This document shows, piece after piece, positions 25,712-34,001 of a stretch of 64,000 nt of DNA. The first letter of the stretch is position 1, and the number at the start of each line of letters is the position of its first letter. Source of the stretch: a virus (lineage: Duplodnaviria > Caudoviricetes). The notes below the pieces were generated by a model that worked only from the letters and a program-made list of their open reading frames with translations, made no database searches and had not been told where the DNA came from. The stretch spans positions 14,875 through 78,874 of the IMG/VR virus record IMGVR_UViG_3300013901_000014; one strand, 5' to 3'. A program made the translations under genes and the position numbers.

Positions 25712-26221
25712 ATGAATTTCAAAGATATTCGACAAGGCTACCCGGTCTATATTTTAGACAAACAGGCATTATCCCTCAGCGAAGGCAAGGTCACCGCCGT
25801 GGGCTTCCCGTATTTCCCGACCCAGACGCCGGGACCGGCCGCCCCGGGGGCGCAGCCGCTCGGCATGAGCGTTGACGTTACCATCGAAGCCGGGGGCAAG
25901 GCCGCCACCTACACAATACCCGAGCAGTTGTCGGTGACCTTCGCGGGCAACCTCGTGCTGAGCACCGACCGCGCCGGGCTTGCCGCAGAGGTGGAGGCGA
26001 TGCGCACAGCCGCCCGCCAGGCCCTCGAAGGAATGGAGCGGCAGAAGGAAATCGTGGCCGCGGCCGACGGGCTGCTGGCCCAGCTCAAACCTGAGTATCG
26101 CGAGCGGGCCGAAACCGAGAAGCGCTTCAGCGTACTCGAGGGCGCGATGGCCGACGTTAAGAGCCTGCTGCGGGAGATGGCCGACGAGCTGAAGAACAAC
26201 AGAACGCAAAACAACACATAA
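25712..26221 (+). CDS. Conserved hypothetical phage protein
   Basis: 169 aa, MNFKDIRQGYPVYILDK N-terminus, coiled-coil C-terminus. Confidence 0.75.
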   Translation: MNFKDIRQGYPVYILDKQALSLSEGKVTAVGFPYFPTQTPGPAAPGAQPLGMSVDVTIEAGGKAATYTIPEQLSVTFAGNLVLSTDRAGLAAEVEAMRTAARQALEGMERQKEIVAAADGLLAQLKPEYRERAETEKRFSVLEGAMADVKSLLREMADELKNNRTQNNT

Positions 26222-26223
26222 AT

Positions 26224-26835
26224 TTGACAAAGACAATTAAAACGATTACAAGCATGCTCAAGACCCTCGCATTCAACCTCGGCCCCGTTTTGCTCATCAG
26301 CACACTCGGCACCGAGCTGGCCGCCGTATTGTTCGATTTAAGATATATCGCCCTGTTCATCGCGGCGCTGTTGATGATGGATTTTTGGTTCGGCAAAAGC
26401 GAGAGCAACATGCGCTACAAGGCCGCCGAGGCCCGGCACGACACGGCGGCGATGATACTTTATGAGTTTCATTTATCGAGGGCCACGCGGCGCACCGCCG
26501 TCAAGGCCGTCGATTACACGGGCGTGCTGGCGCTTTTCGTGCTGGCGGGGCTGATACTCGAGCAGTGCAAAATCGGGGTGACGCACGTCCAGATGGCCGC
26601 CATATCGCTGATTTGGGCGGCATGCGCCGAGGGCTGGAGCATTCTCACCCACATCCTCGTGCTGCGCGGCCACCATATCGACCGCAGCAGCCTGGGCACA
26701 ACGCTCCGCAGCGTTGCCCGCGCCGTGGCCGTGAGCTGGCTCAGGAGTAAGAGCGAGAGCCTGGGCAACGCGGTGGACAAGGCGCTCGACGGGCTGCCGC
26801 AAAGCACCGGCGGCGATGGCGACAAAGACGACTAA
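26224..26835 (+). CDS. Holin-like membrane protein
   Basis: Several TM segments with SRATRRTAVKAVDY motif typical of Bacteroidales phage holins; start may be ATG 26254. Confidence 0.65.
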   Translation: MTKTIKTITSMLKTLAFNLGPVLLISTLGTELAAVLFDLRYIALFIAALLMMDFWFGKSESNMRYKAAEARHDTAAMILYEFHLSRATRRTAVKAVDYTGVLALFVLAGLILEQCKIGVTHVQMAAISLIWAACAEGWSILTHILVLRGHHIDRSSLGTTLRSVARAVAVSWLRSKSESLGNAVDKALDGLPQSTGGDGDKDD

Positions 26836-26867
26836 CCAATTTTGTTTAACATTCAAATATTTTCATC

Positions 26868-27131
26868 ATGGACATGGACAAAGTTCTTCATTTTGCAGTT
26901 TGCGCGGTGGTAAGCGCGGTTTTTGGCACACTGGCAATGCTATGCGGGGGCAATTTCGGAGCCGGAGCGATAGCAGCCATCGGCACGGGCCTGGGCGCGG
27001 GTCTCGGCAAGGAGTTTGGCGACGCGGCAGCGGCAGACAACCGCTGGGATTGGTATGACGTGGCAGCCGACGCCGTCGGCGTTGTCCTCGGCGTAGCCTG
27101 GTGCGCGATGTTCTACTATTGCAAGGGCTAA
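26868..27131 (+). CDS. Small membrane protein (DKVLHF...KEFGD...WDWYDVAAD; VanZ/YfiM-like)
   Basis: 87 aa, glycine-rich TM helices with conserved acidic motif. Confidence 0.7.
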   Translation: MDMDKVLHFAVCAVVSAVFGTLAMLCGGNFGAGAIAAIGTGLGAGLGKEFGDAAAADNRWDWYDVAADAVGVVLGVAWCAMFYYCKG

Positions 27132-27149
27132 GACAACCACACAACGGAG

Positions 27150-27173
27150 AGGCGGCCAAGTGCCGCCTTTTTT
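27150..27173 (+). terminator. Intrinsic terminator ending the late operon
   Basis: AGGCGGC-CAAGT-GCCGCCT then TTTTT. Confidence 0.85.
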
Positions 27174-27256
27174 GCTATATAAAAGATGAGCCGCGGCAAT
27201 GAAGCCACGGCCCAAAGGTGTTATAAGAGCAAAAAATAATTGCTTGTACAAAGATA
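27168..27256 (-). ncRNA. Candidate minus-strand rod-shaped RNA with own -7 box, directly downstream of int
   Basis: CAAAGATA 27249-27256 (TATCTTTG on minus); 9-bp IR 27168-27176/27228-27236; inner 10-bp stem with two minus-strand G-U pairs. Confidence 0.4.
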
Positions 27257-27284
27257 GCACGAAGAACTGACAGCGGCAAATCAT

Positions 27285-28454
27285 TTAACGATTTTCGGAA
27301 CCCGGGCCAACCACGGCATCAATGACGCGGCGGTTGGCGATGTCGACCTTCGAGCGGTCGAAGCGGATGTAAATGTCCGTAACCGAGCCGCTGGAGTGGC
27401 CCAGGCCCTCGGCGATGACCTCCTTCGGCACATCAAGCTCGGCCGCCGCCGTGGCCCAGGAATGCCGTGCCCAGTAGGTGGTGAGCTGGCCAAAGCCAGG
27501 CAGCCGGTGAAGCCCGGCGTTTATTTGCATATTCGCGCTGCGCAAATCGGAATAGCGCTCATGCAGGTCGAGGAGCCACACACCGCCGGGCGAGCGGTAG
27601 CGCTCAATGAGTGCCGCTGCCTCGGGCTCCACCTTTATATCGTAGAGGTGGCCCGTTTTGGCGCGCCGGTAGCTGAGACGGCCGCCGCTGTAGTCCTCGG
27701 CCCGGAGGCTGAAGAGGTCCGTTGCGTTGATGCCCATCAGCAGGAAGATGAGGCGGAACATGTCGAGGGCAAAGGCCTCCAGCGCGCCAGCGGGCTGAAG
27801 CGTCCACAACGAGCGCAAGGCTAACAGCTCAAGCGACCGCTTCGCGGTTGGCTCTTTCTTGAGCTTATAGCGGCGGAACGGATACGCGGTTGTCGCCTCA
27901 TCATCGATGGCGGCATTGAACACCGCCCGGAGGCATCGAAGATAAAGCCCGCATGTGTTAAGGCAGTTGCCGCGCGCAAGGTTCCATGACACAAACCCGT
28001 CCAGCCATTGCCGGTTGACCTCGTCGAAAGTAACCGAGGCGAACCCGGGGCACCAGGCGCGCAGGGCCGACAGCGCCGTGGCGTAAGCGTGCCGGGAATT
28101 GGCGCTGCGGCGCGAGTTCATCACACGCTCGAAGTAGGGCAGGAGGAGGTTTGCCTTCGCCGGCTTCTCGGGCTCATAGAAGCGGGCCAGGAGCGCGGTG
28201 CGGATGTCGGCAAGCGGCATGCCCTGCATATCGAGCAGCGCGGCCTCGATGTCGAGGTAACGGCGCATCAGGTAGTTGTTATAAGCGGCGCGGCTGGGGT
28301 GCTTCACCACGCGCTGGGCGCGGGCGTCCCACTGCCCCGGGGCGAGGCTGATGTTAGTAGGCAGATAGACCGCGGAGTTCTTTTTGCGGATTGCGAATTT
28401 AAGCGGCGAGAGGTCCTTGCCGTGACGGGTATCGAGATAAAGCGAAAGTTTCAT
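27285..28454 (-). CDS. int: Tyrosine integrase (Bacteroidales arm-binding + SAM-like + catalytic domains)
   Basis: GINATDL, YRRAKTG, YWARHSWATAA, LGHS...VTDIYIR catalytic motifs; start MKLSLYLD at 28454. Confidence 0.92.
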   Translation of the reverse strand: MKLSLYLDTRHGKDLSPLKFAIRKKNSAVYLPTNISLAPGQWDARAQRVVKHPSRAAYNNYLMRRYLDIEAALLDMQGMPLADIRTALLARFYEPEKPAKANLLLPYFERVMNSRRSANSRHAYATALSALRAWCPGFASVTFDEVNRQWLDGFVSWNLARGNCLNTCGLYLRCLRAVFNAAIDDEATTAYPFRRYKLKKEPTAKRSLELLALRSLWTLQPAGALEAFALDMFRLIFLLMGINATDLFSLRAEDYSGGRLSYRRAKTGHLYDIKVEPEAAALIERYRSPGGVWLLDLHERYSDLRSANMQINAGLHRLPGFGQLTTYWARHSWATAAAELDVPKEVIAEGLGHSSGSVTDIYIRFDRSKVDIANRRVIDAVVGPGSENR

Positions 28455-28699
28455 TTTTGGTGCATTGTTTTGAACATTGTCGGCGCTGCAAAGGGCAGCA
28501 GCCGCGGGCGGAAAAGTGCGAAAATAATGCACCCCGGAAGCGCCCGGGAGCATTGCCGGCAAACGAATGCCGCATAAATAAAGGGCCGGCGGCTTTGCGC
28601 GCACAACTCTTATTACTTATTTATAGCGCTTTCGCAATTATTTTATTTTCAGACAGTTGTGATTTGGCCGCGAAATCGGTGCATTGTTGTTGCACTTTT
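28455..28699. other. Putative intact attP
   Basis: 22-bp inverted arm-like sites AAAAGTGC-N6-AATGCACC at 28512-28533 and 28678-28699, third GGTGCATTGTT at 28459-28469, AT-rich centre. Confidence 0.6.
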
Positions 28700-28983
28700 A
28701 GGTGGCGTTTTACGCGCTCGGCGTCCCACCCGGGGGCATAGAAGCGGCCGTGCCCCGAGAGCAGCCAGGAGGGGCTCACGCCGAAGTCGCGGGCCAGCAG
28801 CTCGAGCCACGACAGCTGGAACATGTCGCGCCAGGGCTCGCGCCGCTGGGTGGCGAAGTTCCACTTGTTGAACCCGTAGATGCGGGCAAACGCGCTCACG
28901 CCGCGGATGGCCCCGTCGGCCGCAAGGCGGTCGAGGGCGCGGTAAAAGCGGAGGACGATTTGCTGGCTTTGTCCGTTTTGCAT
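28621..28983 (-). CDS. XRE-like HTH regulator
   Basis: LELLARDFGVSPSWLLSGHG motif; 3' end overlaps attP arm site. Confidence 0.75.
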   Translation of the reverse strand: MQNGQSQQIVLRFYRALDRLAADGAIRGVSAFARIYGFNKWNFATQRREPWRDMFQLSWLELLARDFGVSPSWLLSGHGRFYAPGWDAERVKRHLKVQQQCTDFAAKSQLSENKIIAKAL

Positions 28984-28991
28984 TTTCAAAT

Positions 28992-29366
28992 TCAGTGTGA
29001 CACGTTTATGTGATTTTCAGCCGCCGCGCCCTGGGGCATGGCGAGGAGGCGGTTTGTCAAATCGGTGTTGCGGCGGCGCTCGTTTTCAAGCAGCCGCGTG
29101 AGGTTCTCGATTTCGCCCATCAGGCGGGCGCGGCATTTCGTGAGGCTTTCGATGTGTGTCATGTAATTGCCGCTGATGTATTCAGCCAGACGGGTGAGGC
29201 CGCCCACGATTTCATTTGTGCGGTCGATGCGGTTCTCGCTCGCGGCGAGGAGTTCGCAGAATTGCCGCATTTGCATTGCCATGCAGCCCATGTCGCAGGC
29301 CGGGCCGTGGGCGCGGCGGGCGGGACGGCTGGCCGCGCGGGATTGTTCATTGTGTTTGTTTTTCAT
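28992..29366 (-). CDS. Hypothetical coiled-coil protein
   Basis: 124-aa ORF in the repressor operon. Confidence 0.55.
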   Translation of the reverse strand: MKNKHNEQSRAASRPARRAHGPACDMGCMAMQMRQFCELLAASENRIDRTNEIVGGLTRLAEYISGNYMTHIESLTKCRARLMGEIENLTRLLENERRRNTDLTNRLLAMPQGAAAENHINVSH

Positions 29367-29378
29367 ACTACTTTTTAA

Positions 29379-29822
29379 TTATTGATTGTTTTTATAGCTC
29401 GCGGCCAGGAGGTCGATGAGCTTTTTGTTCTGCTCTATCAGCTGCGCGTTTTGGTCGAGCAGCTGGGCCACGGTGGCCGCATCGCCGCCGGCGGGCGTAA
29501 CGGAGGAGCCGCCAACGGCCTGGACCGCCGTGGCACTGCCGGAGGCGTTCACGCGGTTGCCGCGCGCGTCGATGTTGATCGTGTTGACCGCCGCCGCGCC
29601 CCGGGCCATCATATCGCCCTCGCCCGTGAGGAGCCAAGCGACCGAGAAGCCGTAGGCGTCATGCAGCTTCTGCGCAGTCTGGCGGCCGAGGCTACATTTG
29701 CCATTAAGCATCAAATTAACGTAAGCTTGGGTCGTGCCTAATGTTTCGCCAACTTGCTGTTGAGTAATGCCTTGTGCCTTGAAGAATTTTTTCAGTTGTA
29801 TGTAAAATTTTTCGCTCTGCAT
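29379..29822 (-). CDS. CI-like repressor (XRE HTH)
   Basis: GITQQQVGETLGTTQAYVNLMLNG...GFSVAWLLTGEG; divergent from early operon. Confidence 0.85.
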   Translation of the reverse strand: MQSEKFYIQLKKFFKAQGITQQQVGETLGTTQAYVNLMLNGKCSLGRQTAQKLHDAYGFSVAWLLTGEGDMMARGAAAVNTINIDARGNRVNASGSATAVQAVGGSSVTPAGGDAATVAQLLDQNAQLIEQNKKLIDLLAASYKNNQ

Positions 29823-29889
29823 AATCAATTGAATATTAACGATTTATAAAATAATAAACAAAATATTTATAAAATAACCCATGATTCAC

Positions 29890-29920
29890 TTGCATTATAA
29901 ATATAATGCTTATATCTTTG
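29890..29920 (+). promoter_or_regulatory. Early rightward promoter with palindromic operator
   Basis: TTG 29890-29892, TATCTTTG 29913-29920; perfect IR GCATTATA-AA-TATAATGC at 29892-29909. Confidence 0.75.
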
Positions 29921-29943
29921 CAGCGTAGTTAAAAATAACGATA

Positions 29944-29974
29944 CAAATATAATTAGAAACTAAATATAAAACAA
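29944..29974 (-). promoter_or_regulatory. Leftward (repressor) promoter
   Basis: CAAATATA 29944-29951 (TATATTTG on minus), TTG 20 nt upstream at 29972-29974. Confidence 0.65.
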
Positions 29975-29975
29975 G

Positions 29976-30380
29976 ATGAAGACGATTAAGACGAATGACA
30001 TTAAGGCGATGACGAAGCTCTTCAAGCTGAGCGACCTCGAGGCCATCTACCTGCAGGGGTTTGCAGACAGCATCAACGCAGAGAAGAGCGATACCTGCGG
30101 CGACCTTCAATTCTACCTGATCCACGGGACGAGCGACAACGCAGAGCGCCGCGCAGCCATCAACGCCCTGCTGATCTACGAGGCAGCGAAGGCGCAGGCG
30201 GACAACGACCTCCACATGGCGCTCGACAAGACCTCATGGGTGGTGGCCGATACGCTGAAATGCAGCTGCTACCAGCTAATGCTTTGGTACAAGGGCCTGC
30301 CCCTGAAGCGCGACCGCTTCGGCGAGCACGTCGAATGCAGCGACACATTCGGGCTGAATTATCTGGAGGTAACACTTTAG
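29976..30380 (+). CDS. Hypothetical early protein
   Basis: 134-aa ORF, first gene after early promoter. Confidence 0.7.
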   Translation: MKTIKTNDIKAMTKLFKLSDLEAIYLQGFADSINAEKSDTCGDLQFYLIHGTSDNAERRAAINALLIYEAAKAQADNDLHMALDKTSWVVADTLKCSCYQLMLWYKGLPLKRDRFGEHVECSDTFGLNYLEVTL

Positions 30381-30401
30381 CGACTAAAAGGAGGAGAAGA
30401 A

Positions 30402-30668
30402 ATGAAAAATAATGCATACACAAGCAAGCACACGCTCAGCAGCAGCGACTTCGATTTAACCTTCAAGGGCCGCGGAGCCTACGAGATAACCTACACCACG
30501 CCGCGCCGCGGCGACTACTGGCGGGCATACATCACCGACATGGAACTGGTGAACGACACCCTGCACGAGGACGAGCCGACGCAGGCAGCCTGGAAGCGGC
30601 TGCGCGACAAAGTGAAGATGAACGGCACGCATTACAGCAAGTGCGGCGAAAGGATTTACAACGACTAA
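30402..30668 (+). CDS. Hypothetical early protein
   Basis: 88-aa ORF, good codon usage. Confidence 0.7.
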   Translation: MKNNAYTSKHTLSSSDFDLTFKGRGAYEITYTTPRRGDYWRAYITDMELVNDTLHEDEPTQAAWKRLRDKVKMNGTHYSKCGERIYND

Positions 30669-30682
30669 TCGGAGGAAAATAA

Positions 30683-30904
30683 ATGAGATATCACGGCAAT
30701 TACATCACCAACCAGGGCACCCAGATGGCTGCCCCTGTATACGACACCAACAAGGCGCGGCTTGCCCGCGACCTGCGCGAGATGCTGCGCGGCAACACCG
30801 AGAGAGGCGGCAGCGGCTGCTGGTATATCAACGACGAGCACGAGCGCCACATTGACGGAGGCTCAATGATTTGCGGCAAATGGTACAAATGGGACAACGA
30901 CTAA
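30683..30904 (+). CDS. Hypothetical early protein
   Basis: 73-aa ORF tiling the operon. Confidence 0.65.
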   Translation: MRYHGNYITNQGTQMAAPVYDTNKARLARDLREMLRGNTERGGSGCWYINDEHERHIDGGSMICGKWYKWDND

Positions 30905-30915
30905 TAAATTCAGAT

Positions 30916-31137
30916 ATGGAGATTAACGACTACATGACCAGCACCCAGCTGGAGCGCGCAAGGCGCCACAGCGAGATTTGTGAGGCATACCGCAGCCTCG
31001 CGGGTATAGGGCTGAAGCCCTACGGGGCTATGAGAGTGGTTGCGGGCAGATACAATATGACGGTGCCCGGAGTGAACCGCATCATCACGGCGGCCGGGCT
31101 TTATACGCCGAAGACGAGAAAGGGGGCGGAGTTATGA
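30916..31137 (+). CDS. Cro-like small HTH protein
   Basis: AMRVVAGRYNMTVPGVNRII HTH-like; ATG 30916. Confidence 0.65.
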   Translation: MEINDYMTSTQLERARRHSEICEAYRSLAGIGLKPYGAMRVVAGRYNMTVPGVNRIITAAGLYTPKTRKGAEL

Positions 31138-31322
31138 TCAAGGCATTGAAATTATCGGTATTCATCGCGATGCTCACTGTGGCATTCGGGAGCATATACC
31201 TCGGCGGCCGCGCGCTGATAGTGGGCGGAAACGTATTCGCCGCCGTCCTGTGGGGCGGCGTGGCACTGATAAGCGGGCTGCTGGCCCGCGAGCAGGCCCT
31301 CGAGGAGGAGGACGAGCCATGA
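31134..31322 (+). CDS. Small two-TM membrane protein
   Basis: Two hydrophobic helices, ATGA overlaps on both ends. Confidence 0.7.
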   Translation: MIKALKLSVFIAMLTVAFGSIYLGGRALIVGGNVFAAVLWGGVALISGLLAREQALEEEDEP

Positions 31323-31516
31323 CACCGCACGAGCCGAAGGTGGCGGCCAGCGACCGCTACACCATCACCCAGGCGGCCGAGCTGCTGGGCATGCACCGCA
31401 ACACGCTGTGCGATTATTGGAGGCGCGGACTCATCAAGTGCGGCTTCAGGCGGCCCACGGGGCGGAAGTTCTTCACAGGGCGCGAGATTGTCCGGTTTTG
31501 GAACGCGCAGCTCTGA
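31319..31516 (+). CDS. Excisionase-like HTH protein
   Basis: YTITQAAELLGMHRNTLCDYWRRG winged HTH; ATG 31319. Confidence 0.75.
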   Translation: MTPHEPKVAASDRYTITQAAELLGMHRNTLCDYWRRGLIKCGFRRPTGRKFFTGREIVRFWNAQL

Positions 31517-31642
31517 CAAGGCACAGGGCGCCGGGAGGGCGCTCCCGATTAAAAACATATTATCTAACTTGACACATTTTCATTTGTGTATTAGTGTTTT
31601 TACACACGCCCCGCCCGCGCTGTGAAGCGCAGCGGGAAACAA

Positions 31643-31736
31643 GCCGGGCGCAGCGCCGCCGCCTCCGCTGGGACAAGGGCCTCGGGAGCTGGAGGGACGC
31701 GCGGGCGGTGCGGGTTCGACCCCCACACCCGGCACA
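31643..31736 (+). ncRNA. tRNA-like element 1 (acceptor stem + T arm)
   Basis: GCCGGG/CCCGGC stem, GGTTCGACCCC T-loop, ends GGCACA; no canonical D or anticodon arm. Confidence 0.55.
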
Positions 31737-31889
31737 AGAGACAAGGGCGCAGCGGCGCCCACGGGGCAATCGCAATTCAGTCAATAGTTTTAGGAATAAA
31801 TAGTAACGCGCGCCGCCGCCCCGCGGCGCACACACAGCGCGGGCGCAAGTAGTCAACATTATTAGTCCTATTTTGCACCCTCCCAAAAA

Positions 31890-31982
31890 TGCCCGCGCCG
31901 GGAGGTGGAGCCCATGGCCAATGGCCGGGGTAAGTCAGGCAGCGGCCTGGCGGGTGCGGTTCGACTCCGCGCATGGGCACAC
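31890..31982 (+). ncRNA. tRNA-like element 2 (acceptor stem + T arm)
   Basis: TGCCCG/TGGGCA stem, GTGCGG-TTCGACT-CCGCGC T arm, ends GGCACA. Confidence 0.6.
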
Positions 31983-32018
31983 AGTTAACTCAATAAAACA
32001 TAAAAAAACAAAGACATC

Positions 32019-32858
32019 ATGAACGAAGTTCAAATCATCAACACCAACGACGCTCTGCAGGCCATCAACCGTGCGGAGATTGACATTCAAGTCAACACAG
32101 CCAAGCAGTTCCCCCGCGAGCTGCCCGTGGTTCTCAACAAGATAGCCACGTTCGCCACTATGGACACAGAGACGGCTGCCGACTGCTTCTACGTGCTGCG
32201 CCGCGGTGGCGCGCACGGCTCGCAGACCATTGAGGGCCTTTCGGTGCGCATGGCTGAAATCATCGCCAGCGCCTGGGGCAACCTCCGCGTGCAGACGCGC
32301 ATCATCGGCAACGACGGCCGCACCATCACTGCTCAGGGCGTGTGCCACGACCTGGAAACCAACGTGGCAGTGTCGGTCGAGGTCAAGCGCCGCATCACCG
32401 ACAAGCAGGGCCGCACGTTCAGCGACGACATGCAGGTGGTCACCGGCAATGCGGCCAGCGCCATTGCATTCCGCAACGCCGTCCTAAAGGTCGTGCCCAA
32501 GGCCGTGACAAAAAAGGTTATTGCCGAAGTCAAGAAGGTGGCCATGGGCCAGAGCCTCGACCTCGAAACAAGCCGTCAGAACATGATTGCCTACTTCGCC
32601 AAGTTGGGCGTAACCGAGCAGATGCTGCTCGACTATCTCGACATCACCAAGCGCGAGGAAATCGATAAGGAGATGGTGTTCGAGCTCAAGGCCACAGCCA
32701 ACGCCATCAAGGAGGGCACGACCACCGTGCAAGAGAGCTTCATCAAACCACTTGAGGAGAAGAAGAAGGCAATTGAGGCCAAGAGCCAGGCCGACGCAAT
32801 CAAGGAAAAAGCGGCAGCCGCCATCGCAGCCGCAACCAAGAAGGAGGATAAGCAATGA
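32019..32858 (+). CDS. Single-strand annealing recombinase (Rad52/Erf-like fold, inferred)
   Basis: IEGLSVRMAE...AWGNL motif; directly upstream of lambda-type exonuclease. Confidence 0.7.
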   Translation: MNEVQIINTNDALQAINRAEIDIQVNTAKQFPRELPVVLNKIATFATMDTETAADCFYVLRRGGAHGSQTIEGLSVRMAEIIASAWGNLRVQTRIIGNDGRTITAQGVCHDLETNVAVSVEVKRRITDKQGRTFSDDMQVVTGNAASAIAFRNAVLKVVPKAVTKKVIAEVKKVAMGQSLDLETSRQNMIAYFAKLGVTEQMLLDYLDITKREEIDKEMVFELKATANAIKEGTTTVQESFIKPLEEKKKAIEAKSQADAIKEKAAAAIAAATKKEDKQ

Positions 32859-33817
32859 AGCCCGCAGTCCCCTACGAGATTATCCGCCCCGCCACTCAGG
32901 CCGAGTGGCTCGAAGTGCGCAAGCACGGCATAGGCTCCAGCGAGGCTGGGGCGGTCATGGGCCTCAATCCGTGGCAAAGCGCCTACCAGTTGTGGCGGCA
33001 CAAGCTGGGCATCGACCCGCCCGTGCAAGAGAACTTCGCAATGCGTGCGGGGCACTATCTGGAGGGCGTGGTGGCGCACTTCTACGCCGACGCCACTGGC
33101 GCAACCATCATCAAGTCCAGTGCGGGCGACTGGATTGCGCGCGACCGCAAGCAGCCGTGGCTGCAGGTGTCGCCCGACCGCCTGGCGTGGCCCGCTGGCG
33201 TTAGCCACTCCCCCGCAAACCGCATGATAGTGGAGTGCAAGACCACGCAGCGCACCATCGACCCCGACCACGTGCCTATGTCGTGGTTCGTCCAACTGCA
33301 ATACCAGCTGATGGTGATGCGCCTCAACCGCGGCGCGCTGGCATGGCTCACCGCCGGGCGCGACTTCGGCTATCTCAACGTTGAGCGCGACCCCACGCTC
33401 TGCGAAATGATAGAGACAGCCCTGGCCGCATTCTGGTGGGATAACATCGTCGGGCGCAAGGAGCCCGCGTGTATCACCGGTGACGATGCCGAGCTGCACT
33501 GGCCGCGTCAGGCCGACGGCAAGACAGCCGAGGCCGACGGCAATCTGCTTGATGTGGTGGCCAACCTGCGCTACATCAAGGCGCGCATCGCCGAACTCAC
33601 CACCGCCAAAGCCGAGCTTGAGGGCCGCATAAAGGCCGCCATGGCCGATGCCGAGCTGCTCGTCGACGACTTCGGCAACACGCTGGCCACATGGCGCACG
33701 CCCAAGCGCGACCCCGCGCCCAAGTTCGACGCCAAGCGCTTCCAGGCCGAGCACCCCGACGAGTGCGCGCCCTACATGGTTTCTCAGCCCCCTACTCGGC
33801 GGCTGCTGATAAAATGA
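32855..33817 (+). CDS. YqaJ/lambda-type exonuclease
   Basis: WLEVRKHGIGSSE, SPDR, VECKT, QLQYQL motifs. Confidence 0.9.
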   Translation: MKPAVPYEIIRPATQAEWLEVRKHGIGSSEAGAVMGLNPWQSAYQLWRHKLGIDPPVQENFAMRAGHYLEGVVAHFYADATGATIIKSSAGDWIARDRKQPWLQVSPDRLAWPAGVSHSPANRMIVECKTTQRTIDPDHVPMSWFVQLQYQLMVMRLNRGALAWLTAGRDFGYLNVERDPTLCEMIETALAAFWWDNIVGRKEPACITGDDAELHWPRQADGKTAEADGNLLDVVANLRYIKARIAELTTAKAELEGRIKAAMADAELLVDDFGNTLATWRTPKRDPAPKFDAKRFQAEHPDECAPYMVSQPPTRRLLIK

Positions 33818-33824
33818 GCGGGTC

Positions 33825-34001
33825 ATGAGGTATCTGCTCACCAAGACGGACAAGGCCGCGGTTGAGCGTCTTCTTCAGGCGCTCAGCCGTAGGCGGGCCG
33901 TCACCACACGCGAGCTCAACGAGAACCGCATGGCGCGGCTCATGCTCACGAAATTAACGAAGTTGAAAACCACCGGTAATGAGTTGGATAAAGCTACATA
34001 G
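33825..34001 (+). CDS. Small basic protein (58 aa)
   Basis: MRYLLTKTDKAAVERLL... translated by hand; fills gap between exonuclease and replication gene. Confidence 0.55.
   Translation: MRYLLTKTDKAAVERLLQALSRRRAVTTRELNENRMARLMLTKLTKLKTTGNELDKAT

Noticed and set aside
25684-25875. 63-aa ORF MDSKKH...
   Set aside because: Overlaps the better ORF 25712 out of frame; no supporting features beyond the duplicated start motif
31643-31982. Calling the two elements canonical tRNAs
   Set aside because: No recognisable D arm or 7-nt anticodon loop; only acceptor and T arms
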